A stretch of 54,987 bases of DNA. It comes from an uncultured Gaiellales bacterium (lineage in GTDB: Bacteria > Actinomycetota > Thermoleophilia > Gaiellales > Gaiellaceae). Location: contig CAZXZX010000081.1 of assembly GCA_964645445.1 (NCBI GenBank), forward strand, positions 1-54,987. Reading direction: 5' to 3'. Below the pieces are notes generated by a model, which worked only from the letters and a program-made list of their open reading frames with translations, was not told the DNA's origin and searched no databases. A program made the translations under genes and the position numbers. Numbering within the stretch: position 1 is the first letter of the stretch; each line of letters starts with the position of its first letter. This document shows, piece by piece, positions 35,513-44,143 of the stretch.

Positions 35513-35971
35513 GTGATCGACGTAGGCCGACACATTCCCGAGGCGACCGTCTGGACGACGCCACAGGAGAGCGCGACGCTCGAGCAGCTCGTCTCCGACG
35601 GCCCGATCCTCCTGCTCTTCTACTTGTTCGACTGGTCCTCGACCTGAACGAACGAGATGGAGCTCCTGCGTGACAGGAGCGACGAGTTCCGCGCGGCCGG
35701 CGTGCAGCCGTACGCGATCTCGCGCGACTCGCCGTGGACGCACGTCGCGTGGATGCAGGCGCTCGATCTCGACTTTCCGCTCCTCTCGGACTGGAACGGC
35801 GAGGCGACCCACGGCTTCGACGTTGCGATCGACCACCGTGGCCTGCGTGACGTGTCGGAGCGCTCGGCGTTCCTGATCGACCGCGACGGCACGATCAGGG
35901 GCGCGTGGCGCTATGGGACATCCGAAGTCCCCGACTTCGACGTGCTGCTCGCTGCCGCCCGGGCCTTGTAG
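35513..35971 (+). CDS. AhpE-like 1-Cys peroxiredoxin with in-frame TGA (35645-35647) at the peroxidatic Cys position; candidate selenoprotein, or alternatively a nonsense-disrupted gene
   Basis: From GTG 35513, 5 nt after the ybdK stop, the frame reads VIDVGRHIPEATVWTTPQESATLEQLVSDGPILLLFYLFDWSST-TGA-TNEMELLRDRSDEFRAAGVQPYAISRDSPWTHVAWMQALDLDFPLLSDW…RSAFLIDRDGTIRGAW…. This is the thioredoxin-fold Prx pattern (FYPxxWTxxCTxE). The track only calls the 3' piece from ATG 35657. A hairpin, GCTCCTG-CGTGA-CAGGAGC, lies at 35662-35680. Confidence 0.6.
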
Positions 35972-36002
35972 TCGTCCACCCGATCACCTATCAATCACTC
36001 GC

Positions 36003-36596
36003 ATGGACAATCCCATCGCCGTCGAGGCGCCGGCTGAACGCCGCTCCTCGGCTCGTATCACCGTGGGCATCGGACTCGCGATCGTGGCCGTCGGCCTCGT
36101 TTTCGCATTCGATGCAGCCGACGGTCCGCATTGGTTCGCATTCTTCAAGTGGATCCACGTCAGCGTCGCACTCTTCTGGGTCGGCGGCGGCGTCCTCCTC
36201 ACTGTCCTCGGCCTGAAGGCCGAGACCTCGAACGATCCCAACGAGATCGTCACCCTTGCTCGCTGGGCGGCCTGGGTGGGCGAGCGGCTCTTTGCGCCCG
36301 CCGGCGGCGTCGTGCTCGCGATGGGCATCGCAATGCTCATCCACGGCGGCGATCCCATCATCGCCTGGGGCAAGTTCTGGGTGATCGTCGGGCTCGTCGG
36401 CTACGCGATCACCATGACACTCGGCATCGGTGTGCTCTCGCCGCAGGCGAAGCGCATCGCCGAGCTTTCGGAGACGAAGGGCACGACCCATCCGGAGACG
36501 CTCGCGGCCATCCGCCGCATCCTTCTCATCTCCCGCTTCGACGTCGCCATCCTCCTGGTCGTCGTCGCGGACATGGTGACCAAGCCCTTCAGCTAG
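36003..36596 (+). CDS. Integral membrane protein (DUF2269-like)
   Basis: ATG at 36003. The 197-aa product has 4-5 TM helices (ITVGIGLAIVAVGLVFAF, WIHVSVALFWVGGGVLLTVLGL, …). The family assignment is tentative. Confidence 0.6.
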   Translation: MDNPIAVEAPAERRSSARITVGIGLAIVAVGLVFAFDAADGPHWFAFFKWIHVSVALFWVGGGVLLTVLGLKAETSNDPNEIVTLARWAAWVGERLFAPAGGVVLAMGIAMLIHGGDPIIAWGKFWVIVGLVGYAITMTLGIGVLSPQAKRIAELSETKGTTHPETLAAIRRILLISRFDVAILLVVVADMVTKPFS

Positions 36597-36635
36597 GCAG
36601 CTCTAGACGCTGCGAAGCGATGTCCGACCAAGGCC

Positions 36636-36698
36636 GTCGCGACCACGTTCGCGACGGCCGGACTCGCGTGCGGGGATGGCGTAGCCACCACCGCACGC
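36636..36698. terminator. Two hairpins between convergent DUF2269-like gene and fabI
   Basis: GTCGCGA-CCACGT-TCGCGAC at 36636-36655, and GCGTGCGG-(17 nt)-CCGCACGC at 36666-36698. There is no U-tract. Confidence 0.3.
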
Positions 36699-36740
36699 GC
36701 AGCGGAAGACCTTCACACAGACTCGTAAGAGAGGCGGAAC

Positions 36741-37520
36741 CTACATCCCCATCGCGTGGTAGCCGGAATCCACGTAAAGCGTCGTGCCCGTGACGTTCTT
36801 GGCGCCGTCGCCGAGCAGGTAGGCGGCGGCGACGCCGACGTCTTCGGCGGTCACGTGCCGGTGCAGCGGTGCTCGCTCCTCGACGATCGCCTCCATCGTC
36901 GGGAAGCCGGCGATGGAACGCGCGGCGAGCGTTCGCACCGGACCGGCCGAGATCGCGTTGACGCGGATGTTCTTCCGGCCGAGGTCCCACGCCAGGTACC
37001 GCATCGACGCGTCGAGCGTCGCTTTCGCCACGCCCATGACGTTGTAATGGGGCACGGCGCGCTCGCCACCGAGGTACGTCATCGTCACGATCGAGCCGCC
37101 CCCCGCCTTCTCCATCAACGGCTCCGCCGCGCGCGCACACGCGACGAGTGAGTACGCGCTCACGTCGATCGCCAGCCAGAAGCGATCGCGCGGGGTGTCG
37201 GTGAACCGGCCCTCGAGATCCTCCGCGGCCGCGAAGGCGACCGAGTGCACGAGATAGTCGAGCTCGCCCCCGAACGTATCGGCGACCTCGCCGAAGACCC
37301 GCGAGACATCGCCGTCCGATCGCACGTCGCATTCGGTCACGAGCGCGGCGTCGACGCCCGCCGCGAGATCGCGAACGCTCTGCTCGATCCGCTCACCCTG
37401 GTACGTGAACGCGAGCTTGGCGCCGCCGGCGGCGAGCTCCTGCGCGATCGCCCAGGCGATCGAGCGCTTGTTCGCGACGCCGAGCACGAGTGCGCGCTTG
37501 CCTGCGAAGCCGTCTGCCAT
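36741..37520 (-). CDS. fabI: Enoyl-[acyl-carrier-protein] reductase (NADH), FabI
   Basis: ATG at 37518-37520. MADGFAGKRALVLGVANKRSIAWAIAQELAAGGAKLAFTYQGER…YNVMGVAKATLDASMRYLAWDLG…IRVNAISAGPVRTLAA is the FabI Tyr/Lys signature. Confidence 0.92.
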   Translation of the reverse strand: MADGFAGKRALVLGVANKRSIAWAIAQELAAGGAKLAFTYQGERIEQSVRDLAAGVDAALVTECDVRSDGDVSRVFGEVADTFGGELDYLVHSVAFAAAEDLEGRFTDTPRDRFWLAIDVSAYSLVACARAAEPLMEKAGGGSIVTMTYLGGERAVPHYNVMGVAKATLDASMRYLAWDLGRKNIRVNAISAGPVRTLAARSIAGFPTMEAIVEERAPLHRHVTAEDVGVAAAYLLGDGAKNVTGTTLYVDSGYHAMGM

Positions 37521-37690
37521 TCGCGGCGATCCTAATGAGCGTCGGGGCCGAGGACTCGTCGAACCCGACCCGCAGGGCTGGATCTCCGCCCCGAGCGAGG
37601 ATTCCGCCTCCCCCGGTTGGGTGTTGCAGACTCGTTCGTAGGACGATAGACAAAAGGCAAGGTACTGCGGTAATCGATACGGGGGAACAA

Positions 37691-38299
37691 ATGATGATGG
37701 ACGTCGAGGACGTGCGGCTTCTCGGCCGTGACGCGCTCTACCGGCTCGTGGTCGTCGTCGAGCGGCGAAGCGGCGACTTTGGCAGTCACAGCAAGCGAAC
37801 GGCGAAGCTCGTCGACGCCGTCGGCAGCCGACTCGGCCTCTCCGAGACCAGCGTCGGCCTACTGGCGCAGGCGAGCCTGTTCCACGACATCGGCAAGGTC
37901 GCTGTCCCGCACGGCATTCTCTCCAGAACGGGGCCGTTGACGGCCGAGGAGCGGGCCGTCGTGGAGACACACTCGGAGATCGGCTCGTGGCTGCTCGCCG
38001 AGCGCCGCTGCCCGGTGCTCGACCTCGCCGCCGAGATCGCGCTCCAGCACCACGAGAACATCGACGGCAGCGGGTATCCACACGCCCTCGCAGGCGAGGA
38101 GATCACCCTCGAGGCGCGCATCGTTCACCTCTGCGACGTCTTCGACGCGCTGACCAGCGACCGGACCTACCGGCCCGCCTTCACCGTCACCGAAGCGCTT
38201 CGCATGATCGTGGCGGACACCGGCGGCGCGTTCGACCCCGACGTCGTCGATGCGCTCACCACCGTGATCCCGGAATGGGAGCGACTCTGCGCCGCCTGA
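37691..38299 (+). CDS. HD-GYP domain phosphohydrolase (putative c-di-GMP phosphodiesterase), no sensor domain
   Basis: ATG at 37691 after GGGGGAA. SLFHDIGKVAVP (HD) and HHENIDGSGYPHAL (HHExxDGxGYP). Confidence 0.85.
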   Translation: MMMDVEDVRLLGRDALYRLVVVVERRSGDFGSHSKRTAKLVDAVGSRLGLSETSVGLLAQASLFHDIGKVAVPHGILSRTGPLTAEERAVVETHSEIGSWLLAERRCPVLDLAAEIALQHHENIDGSGYPHALAGEEITLEARIVHLCDVFDALTSDRTYRPAFTVTEALRMIVADTGGAFDPDVVDALTTVIPEWERLCAA

Positions 38300-38341
38300 T
38301 CGCAAGCTAGTCACCTCCCGATCGGCGTAGGGTGACCCCGG

Positions 38342-39091
38342 ATGGAAAGGGTCGCCGTCATCACCGGCGCGTCGTCGGGCATCGGAGCCGAGATCGCACG
38401 CGGGCTCGCACGCCGGGCCTGGCTCTGCGTGCTGCTCGCGCGCAGAGAGGACCGTCTGCGTGCATTGGCCGGCGAGATCGGCGCCGAGGTCGAGGTGTGC
38501 GACGTCGGCGACCGCGCGGCGGTGGAGGCCACGGCCGTGCGCGTGCTCGAGCGCCATCCGCGCATCGGCGTCCTCGTCAACAACGCCGGCATCTCGGCAC
38601 GGGCCGGCTTTCTCGACGGCACCCCGGAGGCGATCGAGGCGGTGATCCGGATCAACTACCTCGGAGGCGTCTGGTGCCTGCGGGCCTTCCTGCCCGGGCT
38701 CGAGGCCGCTGCGCCGTCCGACGTCGTCAACATCGTCTCCGTCGCGGGCGAAGTCGCGTTCCCACCGTCCGGCCCGTACTCGGCGTCCAAGCATGCACAG
38801 CTCGCGTTCTCGCGGGCGACGGCCGCGCAGCTCCGCCCGCGCGGCATCAGGGTGCACACGATCAAGCCGGGCTTCGTCGAGACGGAGGGCTTCCCCCAGG
38901 CCTGGCTTCCAGCGCCGGTGCAGCGCCTCGTCATCGGTCCCGAGGCGGTGGCCGACCACGTGCTCGCCTCGCTCGAGCACGGGCGAGGCGAGACGAGCGT
39001 GCCGCGCTACTACGGCCTCGCCGGCAGGCTCCAGGCATTCATACCGAATACATTCGCGCGCGTTCTCGGATTCTCACGACGCGATGCATAG
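38342..39091 (+). CDS. SDR family oxidoreductase
   Basis: VAVITGASSGIGAEIA (TGxxxGxG), VLVNNAGI (NNAG) and YSASKHAQLAF (YxxxK). Confidence 0.9.
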   Translation: MERVAVITGASSGIGAEIARGLARRAWLCVLLARREDRLRALAGEIGAEVEVCDVGDRAAVEATAVRVLERHPRIGVLVNNAGISARAGFLDGTPEAIEAVIRINYLGGVWCLRAFLPGLEAAAPSDVVNIVSVAGEVAFPPSGPYSASKHAQLAFSRATAAQLRPRGIRVHTIKPGFVETEGFPQAWLPAPVQRLVIGPEAVADHVLASLEHGRGETSVPRYYGLAGRLQAFIPNTFARVLGFSRRDA

Positions 39092-39100
39092 GATCGAACG

Positions 39101-39514
39101 ATGAGCTCCACCGGTTACGGGATCGACGACGTCATCGCAGTCGCCGACTTCCGCGCGGCGCTGCGCTCCTTCCTGCGGCAGAGCGAGCGCGTCGCACGCC
39201 AGTCCGGCCTCACTCCACAGCGTTATCTCCTGCTCCTGATGATCAAAGGGGCGCCCGACGGGAGCGCGCAATCGACCGTGACCGAGCTCGCGCGCCGACT
39301 TCAGCTCGCGCAGAGCACCGTCACCGAGCTCGTCAGCCGCGCCGAGGAGACCGGGCTCATCGAGCGCAAACAGTCCGGCCGCGACGGGCGGGTCGCATAT
39401 CTGCGGCTGACGGAAGAAGGCGAGCGCCGCCTGCACCTGTCGTTCACGGGGCTCGACATCGAACGGCAGCAACTGCGCGACGCAGTCGACCACCTCCGTC
39501 CGCTGACCGGCTAG
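39101..39514 (+). CDS. MarR family transcriptional regulator
   Basis: 137 aa. LTPQRYLLLLMIKGAPDGSAQSTVTELARRLQLAQSTVTELVSRAEETGLIERKQSGRDGRVAYLRLTEEG is a winged-HTH MarR core. Confidence 0.85.
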   Translation: MSSTGYGIDDVIAVADFRAALRSFLRQSERVARQSGLTPQRYLLLLMIKGAPDGSAQSTVTELARRLQLAQSTVTELVSRAEETGLIERKQSGRDGRVAYLRLTEEGERRLHLSFTGLDIERQQLRDAVDHLRPLTG

Positions 39515-40203
39515 CGCCGGTCGAGCAGATACCAGGCGAGCGTCGCGGTGTACGCGTCGCGGCCCTCCGGCGCGAGCGAGAGCGCGCGCTCTCGCTCCTC
39601 GCCTTCGCACGCAGCCAGGTCGAGGTAGGCATCGAGCTGCCGCCGCTCGACCTGGCGGCGGTCGCGCACGAGCACGAGCCCGTTCGCCTCGAAGAGCTGT
39701 CGCAGGTCGATGTCCGGGAGCAGCCGGGTGTGATCGGGGTCGCGCGCACGCTCGAACCGGTCGACCGCAAGCGCCTCCAGCGGATCGACGGGCGCGATCT
39801 GGTCGACGACGAGGACGCGGCCGCCCCGGCGCGTCACCCGGACGAGCTCGGCGAGAACGAGCTCCGGCCGTGGCACATGGTGGAGCGTTCGCAGCGTTCC
39901 CGCGAGGTCGAAGGCCCGGTTGTCGAAGGGCAGGCGCTCGGCATCTCCCTCCACGAACGTGACGTTCGCGGGGGCGCGCTCGCGCGCAAGCTTCAGCAGC
40001 TCGGAGACGCGATCGACGCCGACGACCTCGCGCACGAGCGGTGCGAGCGCGAATGCGAGCGCTCCCGCGCCGGCGCCCACATCGAGGGCGCGCTCGTCAC
40101 CGCGCGCGAGCACGAACGTCCGGACGGCTTCGGCGAGCGCGGCGGCGCGCTCGTCCTGGCGCGCCGCCATCTGGTCCGCCGTGTGTGCGAAGCGATCACG
40201 CAT
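39511..40203 (-). CDS. Class I SAM-dependent methyltransferase
   Basis: ATG at 40201-40203. ALDVGAGAGALAFALA (motif I), VVGVDRVSELL and FDLAGTLRTLHHV. The start overlaps the alr stop by 8 nt. Confidence 0.85.
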   Translation of the reverse strand: MRDRFAHTADQMAARQDERAAALAEAVRTFVLARGDERALDVGAGAGALAFALAPLVREVVGVDRVSELLKLARERAPANVTFVEGDAERLPFDNRAFDLAGTLRTLHHVPRPELVLAELVRVTRRGGRVLVVDQIAPVDPLEALAVDRFERARDPDHTRLLPDIDLRQLFEANGLVLVRDRRQVERRQLDAYLDLAACEGEERERALSLAPEGRDAYTATLAWYLLDRR

Positions 40204-41215
40204 CGATGACGGTGCGGCGTGCACGCGTGGGGCTGCTGTTGATGCCGCATGCGAAATCGTGCGGGATGGTTCCCGCGACGCGCGCGTGCTCCTCGATGAG
40301 CACACCGTGGCCGACGACGACCACGGGCGTCCCGATCGGGACTTCGACCTCGAGCTCGACGGCGAACGCGTCCATCGAGACGGCCCCGACGACTCGACGA
40401 GGATCGCCGCCGACGCGCACCGTCGTCCCGGTGAGGTCGCGTCGGAATCCGTCGGCATAGCCGATCGGGACGATGCCGATCCACGTGTCGCGCTCCGCGA
40501 CGAAGCGCCTCCCGTACCCCGTGCTCCCGCCCGCGGGGAGCAGCCTGCACAGAGCGACGTGACTCGTCCAGCGAAGGACGGGCTGCAGGCCGTCCTCGGA
40601 CGGGTCGGTCCCGAATGGCGACAGGCCGAGCACGGCGATTCCGCAGCGAGCCGCGTCGAACGCGGCGGAGGGATAGCGGAGTGCGCCGGCGCTGTTCGCG
40701 ATGTGCCGCTCGAGATGCGTGTACGGAGCAGTGGCCGCGCGGAAGCGCTCGATCTGCCACTCCGCGTACGCGGCGTCGGTGTCCGCGGTGGCGAGATGAC
40801 TCATGAGCCCGACCACCTCGAGCGCAGGCGACGTCAGCTCGGACAAGCCCCACCGCCCCATCCCCGTGTCGAGCTTCACGTGCACCGACACGCCCGGCGG
40901 GACGTCGTCGGAGGAGACGACGAGCTCGATCCGCGCATCGCGCGCCTGGCCGACCTCGCGATTCTGCGTCGGCCCCATGACGATGATGCGCGCGGTGGGG
41001 AACTCGCGCCGGAGCGCGAGCCCCTCCGGCACGGTTGCGACGCACAGCGCCGACGCGCCCGCGCCGAGTGCTGCGCCCGCGATGTCGGCCGCGCCGTGAC
41101 CGTAGGCATTCGCCTTCACAACGGCCCACAGCTGCGAGCCGCGCAGCGCCTCGAGCAGCACCCCCACGTTCCGGCGGACGGCGCCGAGGTCGATGGTGAT
41201 CTCGCTCCGGTGCAT
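40196..41215 (-). CDS. alr: Alanine racemase
   Basis: LWAVVKANAYGHGAADIA (PLP-lysine motif), and later VGYGR-type and YADG motifs (GYGRRF…IGYADGF). Confidence 0.9.
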   Translation of the reverse strand: MHRSEITIDLGAVRRNVGVLLEALRGSQLWAVVKANAYGHGAADIAGAALGAGASALCVATVPEGLALRREFPTARIIVMGPTQNREVGQARDARIELVVSSDDVPPGVSVHVKLDTGMGRWGLSELTSPALEVVGLMSHLATADTDAAYAEWQIERFRAATAPYTHLERHIANSAGALRYPSAAFDAARCGIAVLGLSPFGTDPSEDGLQPVLRWTSHVALCRLLPAGGSTGYGRRFVAERDTWIGIVPIGYADGFRRDLTGTTVRVGGDPRRVVGAVSMDAFAVELEVEVPIGTPVVVVGHGVLIEEHARVAGTIPHDFACGINSSPTRARRTVIDA

Positions 41216-42571
41216 CTATCGCAAGACGCGCGGAAGCGCGTCGATCAGGTCGCTCGCGACGAGGCCGGCACGCTGCGGCGCCTCGACGGACGCGCGCTGC
41301 TGCGCGACGGAAGCCGCGGCGGCGGCGAGCTGCGCGTCCATCCCCTTCGCGAGGAAGGCGCCGACGATGCCTGTGAGGACGTCGCCCGTGCCTGCGGTCG
41401 CGAGCGACGACAAGCCGAGCGAGGAGACCAGGAGGCCACGGCCGGGAGCCGCGACGAGCGTGTCCGGTCCCTTGAGGAGCACGACACAGCCGAAGCGCTC
41501 CGCCGCCTCGCGGACGGATGCGATGCGGTGCGCCGCGACCTCACTCGAGTCGCGGCCGAGCAGACGCCCGAGCTCGCCCTCGTGCGGGGTCAGGACGCGC
41601 GGTGCCGGCCACTCGTCCGGCTCGAGCCCGAACAGCGCGTCGGCGTCGACCACCGCCGGAAGACGAAGCTCTGCGAGCGTGCGCCGCACGAGAGCATGCG
41701 CGCCGTCGCTGCGCCCGAGCCCCGGGCCGATCGCGAGCGCCGACGCCTTCGCCGCCAGCTCGGCGAGGTCGTCGGAGAGCGGGCGCTTGACCACTTCGAG
41801 CAGCCGCTGCTCGAAGACGGGCAGCGTCGACTCGGGAGCGGCGAGCGTGACGTAGCCGGCATCAGCGCGCAACGCCGCCATCGCCGTCAGCGACGGCGCG
41901 CCCGTCAATCCCGGGGAGCCGCCGACGACGAGCACGTGCCCCGCCGTGTATTTGTTGTCGCGCTCGCCGCGGCGCGGGACGGCGCGGAGGATGCCGAGGC
42001 CGGCGAGCCGAATGTCCGTCTCGGTCGCGTCCAGCCCGATGTCCGCGACGCGCACGGTGCCGGCGTGGAAGCGTCCGGGCGCGACGACGAGCCCGACCTT
42101 GCGCCCGTGGAATGTGACCGTGGCCTCCGCGTCGACGACGGCGCCGGCGACCTCGCCGGTCGAGGCGTCGACGCCCGACGGGAGGTCGACCGAGAGCACG
42201 TGCGCAGGCGACGCGTTCATCTGCTCGATCAGCGCCGCCGCATCGGGGCGCGGCTCGCCGACGAACCCGGTGCCGAAGAGCGCGTCGACGATCACCTCCG
42301 GCTCGCCGAGCTCGCTCTCGCCGGCCTTGGCGTCGGTCACATGGACGTCACGACCGGCCCGCTCGAGCTCCCGCGCGGCGATGCGGCCGTCGCCGCCGTT
42401 CGCGCCACCTCCGCACACCACCGTCCAGCGCGAGGCGCGGGGATACAGCTCGAGACCGACGCGCGCAACGGCGGCGCCCGCGCGCTCCATCAGCTCCTCG
42501 ACGGTTCCGTGATAGCGCTCCTCTGCGGTGCGCATCTCCGCCGACGTGTACAGCGGCTCGAACTCAGTCAT
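41216..42571 (-). CDS. nnr: Bifunctional NAD(P)H-hydrate epimerase / ADP-dependent NAD(P)H-hydrate dehydratase
   Basis: N-terminal YjeF_N (VVCGGGANGGDG) plus a C-terminal carbohydrate-kinase-like domain (KYTAGHVLVVGGSPGLTGAPSL…ATAGTGDVLTG). Confidence 0.9.
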   Translation of the reverse strand: MTEFEPLYTSAEMRTAEERYHGTVEELMERAGAAVARVGLELYPRASRWTVVCGGGANGGDGRIAARELERAGRDVHVTDAKAGESELGEPEVIVDALFGTGFVGEPRPDAAALIEQMNASPAHVLSVDLPSGVDASTGEVAGAVVDAEATVTFHGRKVGLVVAPGRFHAGTVRVADIGLDATETDIRLAGLGILRAVPRRGERDNKYTAGHVLVVGGSPGLTGAPSLTAMAALRADAGYVTLAAPESTLPVFEQRLLEVVKRPLSDDLAELAAKASALAIGPGLGRSDGAHALVRRTLAELRLPAVVDADALFGLEPDEWPAPRVLTPHEGELGRLLGRDSSEVAAHRIASVREAAERFGCVVLLKGPDTLVAAPGRGLLVSSLGLSSLATAGTGDVLTGIVGAFLAKGMDAQLAAAAASVAQQRASVEAPQRAGLVASDLIDALPRVLR

Positions 42572-42920
42572 CGACGACCGCCACAGCCTGCGCGAGCTCG
42601 CGCGAGTGCGTCATGGAGAGATCGATCGCCCCCGCGCCGACCTGCTCTGCCCAGGCTGCGACGCGACCGGACAGGCGCACCGCAGGCTTCGGCCGGCCGA
42701 CGATCTCGATGTCCTTCCACGCGAACGCGCGGGCGACGCCGAAGCCGAGCGCCTTCCCGACCGCTTCCTTGCCCGCGAAGCGCCCTGCGTAGCTCTGCGC
42801 CGGGTTCGACCTCGAGTCGCAGTACGCCTGCTCCGCTGCCGTGAAGCAACGATCGCGGAAGCGCTCGTACCGCTCGAGTGCCCGTCGTACGCGCTCGATC
42901 TCGATGAGATCCGTGCCCAC
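42564..42920 (-). CDS. acpS: Holo-[acyl-carrier-protein] synthase
   Basis: GTG at 42918-42920 gives VGTDLIEIERVRRALERYERFRDRCFTAAEQAY…FAGKEAVGKALG. The stop overlaps the nnr start by 8 nt. A TTG four codons upstream is an alternative start. Confidence 0.85.
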   Translation of the reverse strand: MGTDLIEIERVRRALERYERFRDRCFTAAEQAYCDSRSNPAQSYAGRFAGKEAVGKALGFGVARAFAWKDIEIVGRPKPAVRLSGRVAAWAEQVGAGAIDLSMTHSRELAQAVAVVDD

Positions 42921-42954
42921 GCGAGTGCTCAAGCGGGTTCCTCGGCGGCGCGGC

Positions 42955-43731
42955 TCAAAGGTGAGCCTCGAGCCAGTCGGGGAGCTGACCGATCGACGAC
43001 ACGATGCCGTCCGGCCGCACGCGCGACGCCTCGACGGTGTCCGGGCGGAACTTCCCGGTGCGCACGAGCACGGTGTTGATCCCGAGCGCCTGCGCACCCG
43101 CTATGTCGCTGTCGAGATCGTCGCCGACCATCCATGCCCGATCCGGATCGGTGTCGAGCGCCTCGAGTGCCGCCCTGAAGTAGGAGGGGCTCGGCTTGCC
43201 GATGACGACGGCCTCGACGTCGGCCGCGTACTCGAGGCCGGCGACGAACGCACCGGCGTCGAGGAGCGGGCCGCGCGCCGTTTGCCACCATCTGTTCTTG
43301 TGCAGGCAGAAGAGCTGGGCGCCGAGCTCGAGCTCGGCAAACGCGCGCGCGAGGTTCATGTACGAAAACACGAGGTTGGTCTCGGGGGTCTCGTCGGCGC
43401 CTCCGATGAGCACGGCGTCGGCGCTCTCGCCGACGAGCTCGATCCCCTCGAGGTCGCCGACGAGCGCGTGCATGACGAGCGCGAGCACGCGCCGGCCGCG
43501 AAGGGTGGTCACAGCGGCATCGGCCGTCGTCTGCACCTCGGCGTCCTCGACCTCGATCCCGGCCGAACGCAGGTCCTCCGCCAGGCGCGCCCGCGAGCGC
43601 GTAGTGGTGTTCGTCACGAAGCGGAGGCGATGGCCGGCAGCCCGGAGGCGGCGCACTGCCTCCGCGGCGCCGGGGATCGGCTGCCCGGAGACGTGCAACA
43701 CACCGTCGACGTCGAGGAGAATCGCAGCCAT
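42955..43731 (-). CDS. HAD-IIA family hydrolase (NagD-like phosphatase)
   Basis: ATG at 43729-43731. MAAILLDVDGVLHVSGQPIPGAAEAV…RFVTNTT…GKPSP…MVGDDLDSDIAGA. Confidence 0.85.
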   Translation of the reverse strand: MAAILLDVDGVLHVSGQPIPGAAEAVRRLRAAGHRLRFVTNTTTRSRARLAEDLRSAGIEVEDAEVQTTADAAVTTLRGRRVLALVMHALVGDLEGIELVGESADAVLIGGADETPETNLVFSYMNLARAFAELELGAQLFCLHKNRWWQTARGPLLDAGAFVAGLEYAADVEAVVIGKPSPSYFRAALEALDTDPDRAWMVGDDLDSDIAGAQALGINTVLVRTGKFRPDTVEASRVRPDGIVSSIGQLPDWLEAHL

Positions 43732-44143
43732 GGACGGCGAGTCTATTCGCGTCACCCGCTCGGTCGTTCTCCCCCTGCGCGAGATCGACCTACGCACGTC
43801 GCGGTCGAGCGGCCCGGGCGGACAGCACGCGCAGAAGTCGGAGACGCGCGTCGAGGCGATCTTCGACGTCGAAGCGTCGAGCGCGCTCACGGCGGCGCAG
43901 AAGCGGCGCGTCGTCGCGAAGGCCGGTCCGGTGCTGCGCGCAGTCGCGCAGGACGAACGCAGTCAGCTGCGCAACCGCGAGCTCGCGACCGAGCGCCTCG
44001 TTGGTGCGCTGCGGGAAGCGCTGCACGTGCAGCGCCGGCGAACGCCTACGAAGCCGACCGCGGCATCACGTGAGCGGAAGAGAGAGGACAAGCGGCGGCG
44101 CGCCGAGACGAAGCGCCTCCGCCGGCCCCCTACTCCACAGTGA
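43730..44143 (+). CDS. arfB: Alternative ribosome-rescue factor ArfB (peptidyl-tRNA hydrolase, GGQ domain)
   Basis: MDGESIRVTRSVVLPLREIDLRTSRSSGPGGQHAQKSETRVEAIFDV… followed by a basic C-terminal tail (RRRTPTKPTAASRERKREDKRRRAETKRLRR). The layout matches E. coli YaeJ/ArfB. Confidence 0.85.
   Translation: MDGESIRVTRSVVLPLREIDLRTSRSSGPGGQHAQKSETRVEAIFDVEASSALTAAQKRRVVAKAGPVLRAVAQDERSQLRNRELATERLVGALREALHVQRRRTPTKPTAASRERKREDKRRRAETKRLRRPPTPQ

Noticed and set aside
36625-36735. Short ORFs in the DUF2269/fabI convergent spacer: MSDQGRRDHVRDGRTRVRGWRSHHRTRSGRPSHRLV on the plus strand, and VKVFRCACGGGYAIPARESGRRERGRDGLGRTSLRSV on the minus strand.
   Set aside because: Both are Arg-rich, lack an SD sequence and lack a complete zinc-ribbon or other motif. 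The sequence is better explained by two terminator-like hairpins (36636-36655 and 36666-36698).
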